Positions 8,681 to 18,297 are shown, counted from the stretch's first letter. The stretch is DNA of 53,368 bases from Patescibacteria group bacterium (GCA_038064875.1 JBBTSC010000001.1:1-53368), one strand, 5' to 3'. The notes: generated by a model not told the origin, from the sequence alone. Program-made: numbers and translations.

Positions 8681-10333
8681 ATGGATAGAGAAAATAATAA
8701 CAAGCGCAAAAAGCAAGTTTCTATAGATGGCTTCAGCACGCCAAGAAGGTCTCAAAGTAGTGGATCTCTAGGTCTTCGTAAGGGTGCATCATATCAGCCG
8801 AACAAGCCTTCGCATCGACTAGATAACTTCGAGAAAAAAGAAGGTTTGAGCCCGAATAGACAACAATCTATGAAAATTAACACTTCACCTTATTTTAAGA
8901 AAGAACATGATTTTGAAGCTCCAGAAAAGTACAAAAAACGTGGAAGATTGAGCAGGCTTAAGTTCTGGGATAGGTCAGGTAAGCCACCTCTTAGTAGAAA
9001 GCAAAAAATACTGCGTGGTTTTGGCATATTTGCTTTCATAGTCTTGCTGGTCGTTGGATTTTTGTTTGCAAAAGGATACATCAATCTCCATAAAGCTTTG
9101 AAAGGCGGTGGGGGCGCGGCAGCTCTTGATACTAATGTTGACCCATCCAAGTTGAAGGGTGAAGGAGATGGCCGTATCAATATATTGCTACTTGGTCGTG
9201 GTGGAGAAGGTCATGAAGGTCCTGATCTTACAGATACAATTATCTTAGCGAGTATTGACCCTATTCAGAAGCAAGCCGCTCTGGTGAGTATCCCAAGAGA
9301 CTTATATGTAAATGTCCCAAGCTACGGATCTATGAAGATAAATGCTGCTTTTGCAAATGGCAAGAGTTCTGCTCTATCTAAATATTCTAAAATTACGCCA
9401 GAAACAACCAAACAAGCTGAAGACGCTGGGCTAAAAGTGGTGTCTGATACCGTAGAGAGAACACTTGGTGTGCCTGTCCACTACCACGCTATGGTTGATT
9501 TTGAAGGATTTGAAAAAGCAGTTAATACAGTTGGCGGTGTTGATATAGATGTAAAAACACCTGTCAAAGAGCAGATGCGCATAAAAGGTAAGAATTATAT
9601 TCTAGATGTGCCAACTGGTCGTCAGCATTTTGACGGATTCAGAGCTTTAGCATATTCTCGTTCGCGATATACTTCTGCTAGAGGAGACTTTGATCGGTCG
9701 GAGAGACAAAGGCAGATGATAGTAGCCCTTAAAGAAAAGACAATAAGTCTGGGCACTCTCTCAAATCCAGCGAAGATATCAAGCTTGCTAGATGCTTTTG
9801 GAAAACATGTTACTACTGACTTTAGTGTTAATGATCTGAATAGGCTCTACACTATAACTAAGGATATCCAGGCTAACAACATTATATCTGTGGGTCTAGC
9901 CGATCCACCAAATAACTATGTAACCACAGGAAATATCGGCGGATTGTCGGTTGTTATACCTAGGGCTGGAGTAGGCAATTACAAGGAAATCCAGAGCTAT
10001 ATCAGGAATACTTTGAAAGACAGCTTTTTAAAGAATGAGAACGCCAAGATAGTAGTTCTGAACGGTACTAACGTGAACGGTCTGGCCTCTAAGAAATCTG
10101 AAGAACTGAAGAGTTATGGCTATAATGTGGTTAAAGTCGATAATGCTCCAACCAAGAACTACAATAATTCGGTAGTAATCGACCTGCGTGCTGGGCAGAT
10201 GAAATACACAAAGAGTTATCTAGAGAAGAGGTTCAAATCCTCAGCGGTAGGTAGTTTGCCGGATGCAAATATACAAGCCGGAGATGCAGACTTTGTTATA
10301 ATTATTGGTACCAACACAGCTGTTGAAGAATAA
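8681..10333 (+). CDS. LytR-CpsA-Psr (LCP) family glycopolymer transferase with a C-terminal LytR_C domain
   Basis: Basic cytoplasmic N-terminus, one TM, INILLLG, TDTIILAS, SIPRDLYV, RSR...DFDRSERQ, C-terminal IVVLNGT...GLA. Confidence 0.92.
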   Translation: MDRENNNKRKKQVSIDGFSTPRRSQSSGSLGLRKGASYQPNKPSHRLDNFEKKEGLSPNRQQSMKINTSPYFKKEHDFEAPEKYKKRGRLSRLKFWDRSGKPPLSRKQKILRGFGIFAFIVLLVVGFLFAKGYINLHKALKGGGGAAALDTNVDPSKLKGEGDGRINILLLGRGGEGHEGPDLTDTIILASIDPIQKQAALVSIPRDLYVNVPSYGSMKINAAFANGKSSALSKYSKITPETTKQAEDAGLKVVSDTVERTLGVPVHYHAMVDFEGFEKAVNTVGGVDIDVKTPVKEQMRIKGKNYILDVPTGRQHFDGFRALAYSRSRYTSARGDFDRSERQRQMIVALKEKTISLGTLSNPAKISSLLDAFGKHVTTDFSVNDLNRLYTITKDIQANNIISVGLADPPNNYVTTGNIGGLSVVIPRAGVGNYKEIQSYIRNTLKDSFLKNENAKIVVLNGTNVNGLASKKSEELKSYGYNVVKVDNAPTKNYNNSVVIDLRAGQMKYTKSYLEKRFKSSAVGSLPDANIQAGDADFVIIIGTNTAVEE

Positions 10334-10341
10334 GACATACA

Positions 10342-11097
10342 ATGATTGCAAAATTACTAACTGAAAAAATAAAGCCGATGAAAGGGTTTTCCCACATCTT
10401 TCATATTATGTTGGTTGCTACGCTCCCTGTAGCTCTTTTTATTCTTGTGAGGCTTGAATTTACAGTTTTGGCTTTCTTGCTACTCCTTTTGAGTAAGTGG
10501 CGGATCTTTGCTGTTAGGACGAGATACTGGCTTGCAAATATAAGATTAAGCCTCGTTGATATGTTATTCGGAGCGGGTATTATTTTGGCGATGATGTCAG
10601 CTAACTCAATGTCAACTCAGCTAGTTTGGCTCGTCGTTTATCTAGTCTGGCTTCTATATATAAAACCTGGTTCATCTAAATTGATGGTCGCACTCCAGGC
10701 TGTTTTGGCTCAAGGCCTTTTCTTAGCAACTTTCACCGATAGGTATAGTCATTTTCATTCATTCATTCTTGTAATCGTATTTTGGTTCGTCGCTTATTTT
10801 TCTGCTCGACATTTCCTGGGTGGATTTGACGAAGAAAAACCAGGCTTACTGGCAAGCATTTGGGGGCTGTTCGTAGCGCAACTTGCGTGGGTTAGTTCAC
10901 ATTGGTTAGTTTTCTTCGGTAGTCTAGCCCAGCCAGTAGTTTTGCTAACGGCAATTTCAGTAGGCATTGCATCACTTTATTATCTCGAAAAAGAAGACAG
11001 GCTATCTACCTTTGCTCAGAAGCAAATAATCTTTTCGACGCTTTTTATAATCATTATTATTATCGTGCTTTCTGATTGGGGCGATAAAACCATTTAA
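10342..11097 (+). CDS. Polytopic membrane protein of unknown function
   Basis: 251 aa with about 8-9 hydrophobic segments; co-oriented and tightly spaced between LCP and htrA. Confidence 0.6.
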   Translation: MIAKLLTEKIKPMKGFSHIFHIMLVATLPVALFILVRLEFTVLAFLLLLLSKWRIFAVRTRYWLANIRLSLVDMLFGAGIILAMMSANSMSTQLVWLVVYLVWLLYIKPGSSKLMVALQAVLAQGLFLATFTDRYSHFHSFILVIVFWFVAYFSARHFLGGFDEEKPGLLASIWGLFVAQLAWVSSHWLVFFGSLAQPVVLLTAISVGIASLYYLEKEDRLSTFAQKQIIFSTLFIIIIIIVLSDWGDKTI

Positions 11098-11136
11098 GCT
11101 GATCTTAAGGTGGGAGAGGTAATATTTGATTAAGTT

Positions 11137-12309
11137 ATGAAAAAACCAATATCTCTTTTTAGTGGGACTGATACAAAAAAATTTGCTACTGTAGCATTGA
11201 TGCTACTTTCTAGTATTTCGGCGGGGTATGTCGGGGGATACTTCGGTAGTAAATCAATGAATGGCAGTAATCAGTCAGTGCAAGTAGCTAGGCAGGAGAT
11301 AGATAATGAAAGCAATTTGATAACACAAATTGCCAAAGATGTTGGGCCAAGCGTCGTATCGATCAATGTCGTTAGTCAGGGTAACCAGCAGACATTTTTC
11401 GGCACAAGAACTATACAGCAAGAGAGTGCAGGCACAGGGGTGATTATCGACAAGTCCGGTATTGTTATCACAAACAGGCACGTTGTGCCGAAACAGTCTA
11501 AGTCAGTTAGTATTACCCTTTCAGATGGAACAGAATTAAAAGATGTGGAAGTTATTGGTAGAACCAATGATAATGATAGTCTAGATATTGCATTCCTCAA
11601 GATTAAAGACACCAAAGGTAAAGATCTTAAGGTAGCAAAAATTGGTGATTCTTCAAAAGTACAAGTTGGCGATAAAGTTATTGCTATCGGTAATGCTTTG
11701 GGCCAATTTCAAAATACAGTAACAAGTGGAATAATCTCTGGTTATGGCAGGGATATTCAGGCAGGCGATGAGTCCGGAAGTGGTAGTGAGACCCTACAGA
11801 ATCTTTTTCAGACAGACACTGCTATCAACCAAGGAAACTCAGGTGGCCCGCTGGTCAACACTAAAGGCGAGATTATCGGTATTAATACTGCTGTTGCTAC
11901 TGGATCGGCCGAAAACATTGGATTTGCGATACCAATCGGTGACATACAGGGACTCATAACAAGTGTCTTAAGAGAAGGGAAGTTGCTACGTCCGTATATA
12001 GGAGTTAGGTATGTAAGTCTGACCGATGACTATGCCTATCAATATAATTTAAATGTTAAGCGTGGAGCGTATATAGCGCCAAATCCAGACGGTGACTTGC
12101 CAATTGTAGCGGGTAGTCCAGCAGAGAAGGCTGGTCTTAAAGAAAAAGACATAATAACCAAGGTAGATGGCATTGAAATTGATGATAAACATAGCCTGAC
12201 TTCACTGATAAATAGAAAAGCTGTGGGCGATAAAGTGACGTTGACTATTGTCCGCGACGGCAAAACAATGGAAGTGCATCTACAGCTAGAAGCTTCGCCA
12301 GCAAGTTAA
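11137..12309 (+). CDS. htrA: HtrA/DegP-family serine protease with a PDZ domain
   Basis: TNRHVV (His), DIAFL (Asp), INQGNSGGP (Ser), C-terminal PDZ. Confidence 0.93.
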   Translation: MKKPISLFSGTDTKKFATVALMLLSSISAGYVGGYFGSKSMNGSNQSVQVARQEIDNESNLITQIAKDVGPSVVSINVVSQGNQQTFFGTRTIQQESAGTGVIIDKSGIVITNRHVVPKQSKSVSITLSDGTELKDVEVIGRTNDNDSLDIAFLKIKDTKGKDLKVAKIGDSSKVQVGDKVIAIGNALGQFQNTVTSGIISGYGRDIQAGDESGSGSETLQNLFQTDTAINQGNSGGPLVNTKGEIIGINTAVATGSAENIGFAIPIGDIQGLITSVLREGKLLRPYIGVRYVSLTDDYAYQYNLNVKRGAYIAPNPDGDLPIVAGSPAEKAGLKEKDIITKVDGIEIDDKHSLTSLINRKAVGDKVTLTIVRDGKTMEVHLQLEASPAS

Positions 12310-12325
12310 TTACTTTATCATGGAT

Positions 12326-12355
12326 TTGACATCCAGTCTTTATTCGGTATATTAT
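12326..12355 (+). promoter_or_regulatory. Putative promoter of the orphan ORF at 12361
   Basis: TTGACA at 12326-12331, with TATATT (12348) or TATTAT (12350) at 16 or 18 nt spacing. Confidence 0.5.
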
Positions 12356-12360
12356 ATGCT

Positions 12361-13032
12361 TTGAATATGAGTATTGAACAGGGAGCAATCAGTGTTGAAG
12401 CTGAAGCGTATCTAATCAGAGATGCGCGTATTTATGTTGATTTGGAAGGCCGTCACGAGCCCAATGAAGAATCTGTCGAAAGATTGGACCAGATAAAGGA
12501 GTTATTCTCAAGTGATTTAACTGATCTCCAGATAATTGATTTAGTTGAGAGTGTAAGCGAGCACTCTAGGGATATTGAAGACCGGGGTGAAAAGGTGCCG
12601 GAGATGGTCGAAAAAAATACAGAAATGCTCCACGCGGCTATATTTGTTCTGCCCCGAATCGATACAATGCGGGCAATTAGGCTTTATAATTTAGCACTCA
12701 ATTCACCAGACTATCCAGAGACCGCAAGTATGGTAGTCAATGGGTTGCTAAATCTCAGCTCAATCAATCTTGATAGAAAAGCATTGAATCTATGGAAAAA
12801 AGCATCAAATTATCCTGGCAACAAGGCTTCAAAATGGGCAAAGCAATATTTAAAAAACCCAGACAAGGAAGCTAATGGTCTTTTAGACGAACCAGAGATT
12901 GAGAGACTTAGGAAATTTGGCAAAAAATTGACAGAGATGAGGCTTGAGGCGAGCTTAATCCCTCTTGAAGAGGCTGACAAGGACGTGAACCCTGACCAAG
13001 GTGAATCCGGCTCTTCTAGCGAGACTCTCTAG
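12361..13032 (+). CDS. Hypothetical acidic/helical protein (start at TTG 12361 or ATG 12367)
   Basis: 223-aa ORF with its own promoter and no recognised motif; its 3' end overlaps prmC by 78 bp. Confidence 0.55.
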   Translation: MNMSIEQGAISVEAEAYLIRDARIYVDLEGRHEPNEESVERLDQIKELFSSDLTDLQIIDLVESVSEHSRDIEDRGEKVPEMVEKNTEMLHAAIFVLPRIDTMRAIRLYNLALNSPDYPETASMVVNGLLNLSSINLDRKALNLWKKASNYPGNKASKWAKQYLKNPDKEANGLLDEPEIERLRKFGKKLTEMRLEASLIPLEEADKDVNPDQGESGSSSETL

Positions 13033-13761
13033 ATCTTTTTGCTGGGATTCAAGAGATTCGATTAATACATATTGTGGCTTGGTTTCAAGTTCGCCTACTT
13101 GACCCCAAAATTTATCATAGTGGCTGAGGCCATCCGTTCCGGAGAATAGGGCTCCACTTGGTTCTTGGCGTATTTCTGGACTTGTGATTAAGCCTGATGG
13201 CACGTAAGGCAGATTGGCTACAATCGCGGTGTCTGTATGTATGAGCTCAGAAATTGAACTCAGCAAATCGCTTTGAACAAAATTAATATTAGCGTTGTGG
13301 TATGACGCATTTTTTTGAGCAACTTTTAGTGCTTTTTGATCTATGTCTGTAGCAGTTACCTCTGTTTTAGGTAGCTCAAGTTTTATGGTAATGGCTAAGC
13401 AACCAGACCCAGTGCCAATGTCAACTACATATTTTGGATCGATGCTTTTTACTAGTTCGATGAGATCTTCAGACTCGGGGCGAGGTATTAGAACATCAGG
13501 ATTGACGTTGAAGAATCGTCCAAAAAACCAGGCTTTACCGCGAATGTAGGCAAGCGGTTCGCGTCTCACCCTACGTGCTACGAGTGTTTCTAGCTGGTCT
13601 GTTTGCTCTTTGTTTAATTCTTTCTCAGGATGGGCTAGAACCCACGCTCTGTCTTTGTCCAGAGTATCTTCAAGCAGGACAAGTGAATCTCTGCGCGGGG
13701 CATCAACACCTGATTCGCCCAGACGTTTCATACTTTTTATTAACCAAGTCGATATATTCAT
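12955..13761 (-). CDS. prmC: Release factor glutamine methyltransferase PrmC/HemK
   Basis: REPLAYIRG, VLIPRPESE, DIGTGSGCLA, ANLPYV (NPPY-like). Confidence 0.93.
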   Translation of the reverse strand: MNISTWLIKSMKRLGESGVDAPRRDSLVLLEDTLDKDRAWVLAHPEKELNKEQTDQLETLVARRVRREPLAYIRGKAWFFGRFFNVNPDVLIPRPESEDLIELVKSIDPKYVVDIGTGSGCLAITIKLELPKTEVTATDIDQKALKVAQKNASYHNANINFVQSDLLSSISELIHTDTAIVANLPYVPSGLITSPEIRQEPSGALFSGTDGLSHYDKFWGQVGELETKPQYVLIESLESQQKDLESLARRAGFTLVRVHVLVSLFKRD

Positions 13762-13788
13762 CTATGTGTTAAAATATAACATAGATGA
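13758..13788. promoter_or_regulatory. Symmetric bidirectional promoter between divergent prmC and serC
   Basis: Only 23 bp lie between the two ATGs. TCATCTATGT...ACATAGATGA is an inverted repeat. TAAAAT (+, 13770-75) and TATTTT (-, 13771-76) are each 9 nt from their ATG. Confidence 0.6.
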
Positions 13789-14867
13789 GTAGGGTATTTA
13801 ACTTTAGTGCTGGTCCAAGCACGTTGCCAGAAGTTGTGCTCCAAAGAGCTAAAAAAGAGCTTCTGGACTACGGCGGAACAGGGATGAGTGTGATGGAGAT
13901 GAGCCATCGAAGTCCTGAGTTTCTACATATCGCGCGACAAGCAGAGCTTGATATTAGAGATCTAATGAAGATCCCTGATAACTACAAGGTTTTGTTCCTG
14001 CAAGGAGGAGCAACTGGCCAATTCTCTGCAATCCCACTTAATCTTGCCAAGCAATCAGATAGAGCGGACTATGTTATTACCGGAATGTGGGGCAAAAAGG
14101 CCCATAAGGAAGCTTTAAAATACCTAGATAATGCCAACGTAGCCATCAAGACAGATGCACATACGCATGTACCGGAGGTTGAGGATTGGGATATCAGCTC
14201 GGACTCTGCCTATGTGCATATAACACCAAATGAGACAATTCACGGAGTTGCTTTTACTGATATGCCAGATGTTGGTGACGTTCCTCTTGTAGGGGATATC
14301 AGCTCAATGATCTGTAGTGGGCCACTTGATGTCTCAAAGTTTGGTGTGCTGTATTCTGGGGCACAGAAGAACTTGGGCCCTGCAGGTCTGACAGTTGTTA
14401 TAGTGAGAGATGATTTACTCGGTAGGGCAAGAGTCCATACTCCAGCAGTTTGGCACTGGGCTGACAAATCAGAAGCAGATTCAATGCTTAATACTCCACC
14501 AACATACAGCTGGTATTTAGCGGGTTTGGTGCTTGATTGGCTCAAGAATGATATAGGTGGGCTTGATAAAATGGCTACAACCAATAAACGCAAAAGCGAT
14601 GCTCTGTATAAAGCAATTGATGATTCTAATTTCTATGCAAATCCAGTCGAACCAAAATTCAGATCCAATATGAATATACCTTTTACACTAGCTGATCCTG
14701 AGTTGGACAAAAAATTTATTCAAGAGGCTAAAGAAAAAGATCTAGTTAACCTCGGTGGCCACAGAAGTATTGGTGGCATGAGGGCTAGTATCTATAACGC
14801 TATGCCTGAAGAGGGGGTTGACGCGTTAATTAAGTTTATGAAGGAGTTTGAGGCAAAAAATGGCTAA
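13785..14867 (+). CDS. serC: Phosphoserine aminotransferase
   Basis: FNFSAGPSTLP, SVMEMSHRS, QGGATGQF, GAQKNLGPAG (PLP Lys), NTPP, GHRSIGGMRASIYNA. Confidence 0.96.
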   Translation: MSRVFNFSAGPSTLPEVVLQRAKKELLDYGGTGMSVMEMSHRSPEFLHIARQAELDIRDLMKIPDNYKVLFLQGGATGQFSAIPLNLAKQSDRADYVITGMWGKKAHKEALKYLDNANVAIKTDAHTHVPEVEDWDISSDSAYVHITPNETIHGVAFTDMPDVGDVPLVGDISSMICSGPLDVSKFGVLYSGAQKNLGPAGLTVVIVRDDLLGRARVHTPAVWHWADKSEADSMLNTPPTYSWYLAGLVLDWLKNDIGGLDKMATTNKRKSDALYKAIDDSNFYANPVEPKFRSNMNIPFTLADPELDKKFIQEAKEKDLVNLGGHRSIGGMRASIYNAMPEEGVDALIKFMKEFEAKNG

Positions 14868-16023
14868 ATACAGTGTGAGAACATATAACAGCATATCTAA
14901 AATAGGGATTGATAAATTTTCTGACGATTACAGGGTTGGCCCAGATATAGAAAATCCAGATGCAGTTATGCTTCGATCTTATAATCTTCATGATGAGAAA
15001 CTTCCCAGTAGCGTACAGGCTGTTGGTAGGGCTGGTGCTGGTACTAACAACATTCCAGTTGATGAGCTTGCCAAAAAAGGAATCGTGGTTTTCAATGCGC
15101 CTGGAGCAAATGCGAATTCCGTTAAAGAACTTGTGATAGCTGGGATGTTGCTCTCTGCCCGTAACATACCAGGAGCGGTGGCTTACGTAGAAAATCTTGA
15201 ACCTGGTGACATGAAAAAGGCGGTAGAAGCAGGAAAGAAAAAGTTTGCAGGAAGCGAACTATCGGGGAAAACTCTCGGAGTAATCGGACTTGGAGCTATA
15301 GGCTACCGAGTAGCCAACACTGCTACAGATCTGGGTATGAAGGTTCTTGGTTATGATCCGGCCATGACGGTCAGCAATGCATGGCAACTATCTCCATCAG
15401 TTGATAAAATTGATGATCTAGACAGTTTACTTAGCCAGTGTGATTTTGTGACTATCCATGTGCCATTGCTCGACGCAACTCGTGGGCTTCTCGGTGTCGA
15501 TAGACTAAAAAATATGAAAAATACGGCCGTTTTGTTGAACTTTTCTAGAGACGAATTAGTAGACGAGACAGAACTCATAAAACTCTTGGATAAGGGCCAG
15601 CTAGCTCAGTATGTAACAGATTTCCCAAACAAAATAACTAAGGCTCACTCCAAAGTTATTGCGTTGCCACACCTAGGGGCTAGCACTGACGAAGCTGAAG
15701 ACAGCTGTGCGGTAATGATAGCTAATCAACTTCAAGAGTATTTGGAGAACGGAAATATTAAGAACTCAGTTAATTTCCCAGAGGCAAAGTTGCCAAGAAA
15801 AGGTGAGAAGCGAATAACTTTAGCTCACAAGAACGAGGCAGGGGTTGTGGCGCAAATTACTCAAATACTGGGTTCTTCAAAGATAAACATTGTAGAACTA
15901 CTCAACAAAAGTCGTGGTGAGCTAGCCTACACAATAATAGATATTGAGTCAAAAGATCTCCCAGATGGTGTATCCAAAGATCTAGAAAATATCCCTCAAA
16001 TCTTAAAACTTCGAATTATATAA
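14860..16023 (+). CDS. serA: D-3-phosphoglycerate dehydrogenase-type 2-hydroxyacid dehydrogenase with a C-terminal ACT domain
   Basis: RAGAGTNNI, GVIGLGAIG, NFSRD, PHLGASTDEAE, ACT-like HKNEAGVVAQI. Likely start is ATG 14860 (SD AAGGAG at 14841), overlapping the serC stop. Confidence 0.88.
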   Translation: MAKYSVRTYNSISKIGIDKFSDDYRVGPDIENPDAVMLRSYNLHDEKLPSSVQAVGRAGAGTNNIPVDELAKKGIVVFNAPGANANSVKELVIAGMLLSARNIPGAVAYVENLEPGDMKKAVEAGKKKFAGSELSGKTLGVIGLGAIGYRVANTATDLGMKVLGYDPAMTVSNAWQLSPSVDKIDDLDSLLSQCDFVTIHVPLLDATRGLLGVDRLKNMKNTAVLLNFSRDELVDETELIKLLDKGQLAQYVTDFPNKITKAHSKVIALPHLGASTDEAEDSCAVMIANQLQEYLENGNIKNSVNFPEAKLPRKGEKRITLAHKNEAGVVAQITQILGSSKINIVELLNKSRGELAYTIIDIESKDLPDGVSKDLENIPQILKLRII

Positions 16024-16123
16024 AGATTCATTTCACAAAGCTGAGCTGGATAGGCTAGTCTATATAGACAAAAAGTGAAAAATCTGCTATTTTTACAGAT
16101 AGTAATATTAAAAAAATAAAAGC

Positions 16124-16654
16124 ATGTCTGAACGAGAACGAACTAGAGAGATAGAAATTGCCGACTCTGCTAAAGTAGCAGAACTATATGCGTTAGTTCA
16201 TCTTGGGCTTGAGAACGCAACTGTTCATGATGATGATGGACACTCACGTGCTAGTTCCTGGACTATCATAGTTAGAAATAAGTATTCAGGATATGTACAT
16301 GTTGAAGCTGTAGATCCTTTCTCAGTCTTCAATAGTACTGGTTTATGCGCCATGGTATCCGTGGGAGAACTTGATGAAGGTAAAGAAGTTGATTTTGGTA
16401 ACAGTAGTTATCTAGATGATGTAAAAGAACTCGAGCACTTAACAAAAACATATTTTATCTATCATGATGGCTCCCGACTTAGTCTAGGGGTTGATACCAC
16501 AGTACAAAAACCGGCAGACGCTGATAGCAGATCAAAATCTGAGGAACTGTTACTTGGTGATGCTGATTTGGGACATAACCTCAGTACTGTTTATACGGCT
16601 GAAGCTGAAGAGTTAATTGCCAGATTAAGAGGCGTCTTAGCCCAAAAGCAATAA
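16124..16654 (+). CDS. Hypothetical acidic protein
   Basis: 176-aa ORF, D/E-rich, no recognised motif. Confidence 0.55.
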   Translation: MSERERTREIEIADSAKVAELYALVHLGLENATVHDDDGHSRASSWTIIVRNKYSGYVHVEAVDPFSVFNSTGLCAMVSVGELDEGKEVDFGNSSYLDDVKELEHLTKTYFIYHDGSRLSLGVDTTVQKPADADSRSKSEELLLGDADLGHNLSTVYTAEAEELIARLRGVLAQKQ

Positions 16655-16660
16655 TTTATC

Positions 16661-17713
16661 TTATTGGCTTTCGATAAGTTCGTGTTCAGCTTCAAGTAGT
16701 TTTTCGATCAAATCATCAATGTCTCCAGCAAGTGCTGAGGGTATATTTGACCGAGAATAGCCGATACGATGATCTGTTATTCGATCTTGTGGGAAGTTAT
16801 AAGTTCGAATTTTCTCGCTACGGTCACCAGAGCCAATAAGTTTTTTACGAGCATCAGATAATTCTTTTTGCTCAGCCTCGATTTTATTTGCAAGCAGTCG
16901 GGAGCGAAGCACGCTCATGGCTTTTTCTTTGTTCTTGAGCTGGTTTTTTTCGTCCTGGTTAGTTACGACTAAACCAGTAGGGATGTGTGTAATACGCACT
17001 GCGGAATCAGTTGTATTAACGGATTGGCCACCATGTCCGCTAGCACGATAAATATCAATTCGTAGATCCGCAGGTTTAATCTCTATATCTGTTTCTTCAG
17101 CTTCTGGCAAAACTGCGACGGTGGCCGTACTGGTGTGAACACGACCTTGAGATTCTGTCACAGGAACACGCTGGACACGGTGGACACCTGCTTCAAATTT
17201 GAGAAATTTATATGGTGAGTTACCGCGGATAGCAAAAGTAACTTCTTTAAATCCGCCAGTATCATTTGCACTATCACCAATATATTCAACCTTGCAGTTA
17301 TGATTTTCAGCCCAACGAGCATACATGCGGTACAGTTCTCCGGCAAAAAGGCTGGACTCGTCACCGCCAGCGGCGGCACGTATTTCTATAATCACATCGC
17401 GGTCGTTGTTGGGGTCTGCTGGCGTTAATATCTCTGAGAGCTTGGCTTCAACCTTCAGTAGTCTTGAACTTAGCTTTTCAAGCTCCGCGTTTGCCATCTC
17501 TGCCAACTCACCACCACTTTTAGACATTTCTGTGGCTTGACTGATCTGATCTTTTAACTCTTTTAACTGATTAAATAATTTAATAGTGTTTTGCAGTGTT
17601 GACTGTCTTTTGGCAATCTTGGGGTACTTAGGATCTGAAAAAATCTCTGGATTCTGGAGAGTTTTCTCGATATCAGCTAGTTCTTTTCGGAATTCCTGCT
17701 CTTTTTTATCCAT
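16661..17713 (-). CDS. prfA: Peptide chain release factor 1
   Basis: [22 protein letters not shown] (PVT anticodon mimic), [26 protein letters not shown]. Confidence 0.97.
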   Translation of the reverse strand: MDKKEQEFRKELADIEKTLQNPEIFSDPKYPKIAKRQSTLQNTIKLFNQLKELKDQISQATEMSKSGGELAEMANAELEKLSSRLLKVEAKLSEILTPADPNNDRDVIIEIRAAAGGDESSLFAGELYRMYARWAENHNCKVEYIGDSANDTGGFKEVTFAIRGNSPYKFLKFEAGVHRVQRVPVTESQGRVHTSTATVAVLPEAEETDIEIKPADLRIDIYRASGHGGQSVNTTDSAVRITHIPTGLVVTNQDEKNQLKNKEKAMSVLRSRLLANKIEAEQKELSDARKKLIGSGDRSEKIRTYNFPQDRITDHRIGYSRSNIPSALAGDIDDLIEKLLEAEHELIESQ

Positions 17714-17759
17714 CTGTGCCCCCTAAGACCACCTTTTGATAAGAATTTAGACTTATTAG

Positions 17760-18107
17760 TTAACCGATTTTTTGTGAAGTTTGCTCTTCACTAACTTCTT
17801 CTGTGTCTTTTTTAGCTGTGTTCTTGGTAACTTTAGCTTTGGCTGACGCGCGGGCTTTAGCAGCTGCTGCAGCGCGGGCTTTGAATTTATCAACACGTCC
17901 TTCAACGTCAAGAAGCTTTTCCTGCCCAGTGTAGAAAGGGTGTGAACTGCTACTGATATGGACTTTTACAAGCGGGTATTCTTTTCCATCAGTGTATTTT
18001 ACGGTTTCATCAGTTTTTGCTGTCGAACTAACCAAAAACATTGTACCGTCAGAAATATCCTGGTAAACAACAGGACGATAATTATCTGGGTGTATTCCTT
18101 GTTTCAT
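17760..18107 (-). CDS. rpmE: 50S ribosomal protein L31 type B (Zn-independent) with an Ala/Lys-rich tail
   Basis: Start re-placed at ATG 18107 ([20 protein letters not shown]). [10 protein letters not shown] and GRVDKF present; no CxxC motifs. Confidence 0.93.
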   Translation of the reverse strand: MKQGIHPDNYRPVVYQDISDGTMFLVSSTAKTDETVKYTDGKEYPLVKVHISSSSHPFYTGQEKLLDVEGRVDKFKARAAAAAKARASAKAKVTKNTAKKDTEEVSEEQTSQKIG

Positions 18108-18141
18108 CTCTCTCCTTAAAAAGTAATAAACTATTTCAAAC

Positions 18142-18188
18142 ATTTTAACATATCTTCTGTTGCGTATCAATCTGTTTTTTAGTATAAT
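18142..18188. promoter_or_regulatory. Back-to-back divergent promoters for rpmE (-) and rpsB (+)
   Basis: Plus strand: TTGCGT (18160-65), 17 nt, TATAAT (18183-88). Minus strand: TTGATA (18170-65), 17 nt, TG-t-TAAAAT (18147-42). Confidence 0.6.
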
Positions 18189-18211
18189 TGTAGGTGATAC
18201 AAATTAAGCAG

Positions 18212-18297
18212 GTGTTATACGCGTTCCTCCGATAGATACTTCTCAAAGGTTATCAAATCGGTCGTAGCACTGAAGAGAAAGGAAGAACACACGTATG
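18212..18297 (+). ncRNA. Structured rpsB 5' leader (candidate S2 autoregulatory, t44-like element)
   Basis: Inner hairpin CCGAT..GATA..CTT/AAG..TATC..ATCGG (18229-18261). The outer arm ATACGCGTTCCT can pair with AGGA...ACACGTAT, covering the SD and AUG. Confidence 0.5.

Noticed and set aside
16031-16080. 12-bp palindrome GTCTATATAGAC and flanking TTTCAC/GTGAAA after serA as a cassette end or att site
   Set aside because: No matching copy at the other end of the cassette, and a short AT-rich palindrome can arise by chance
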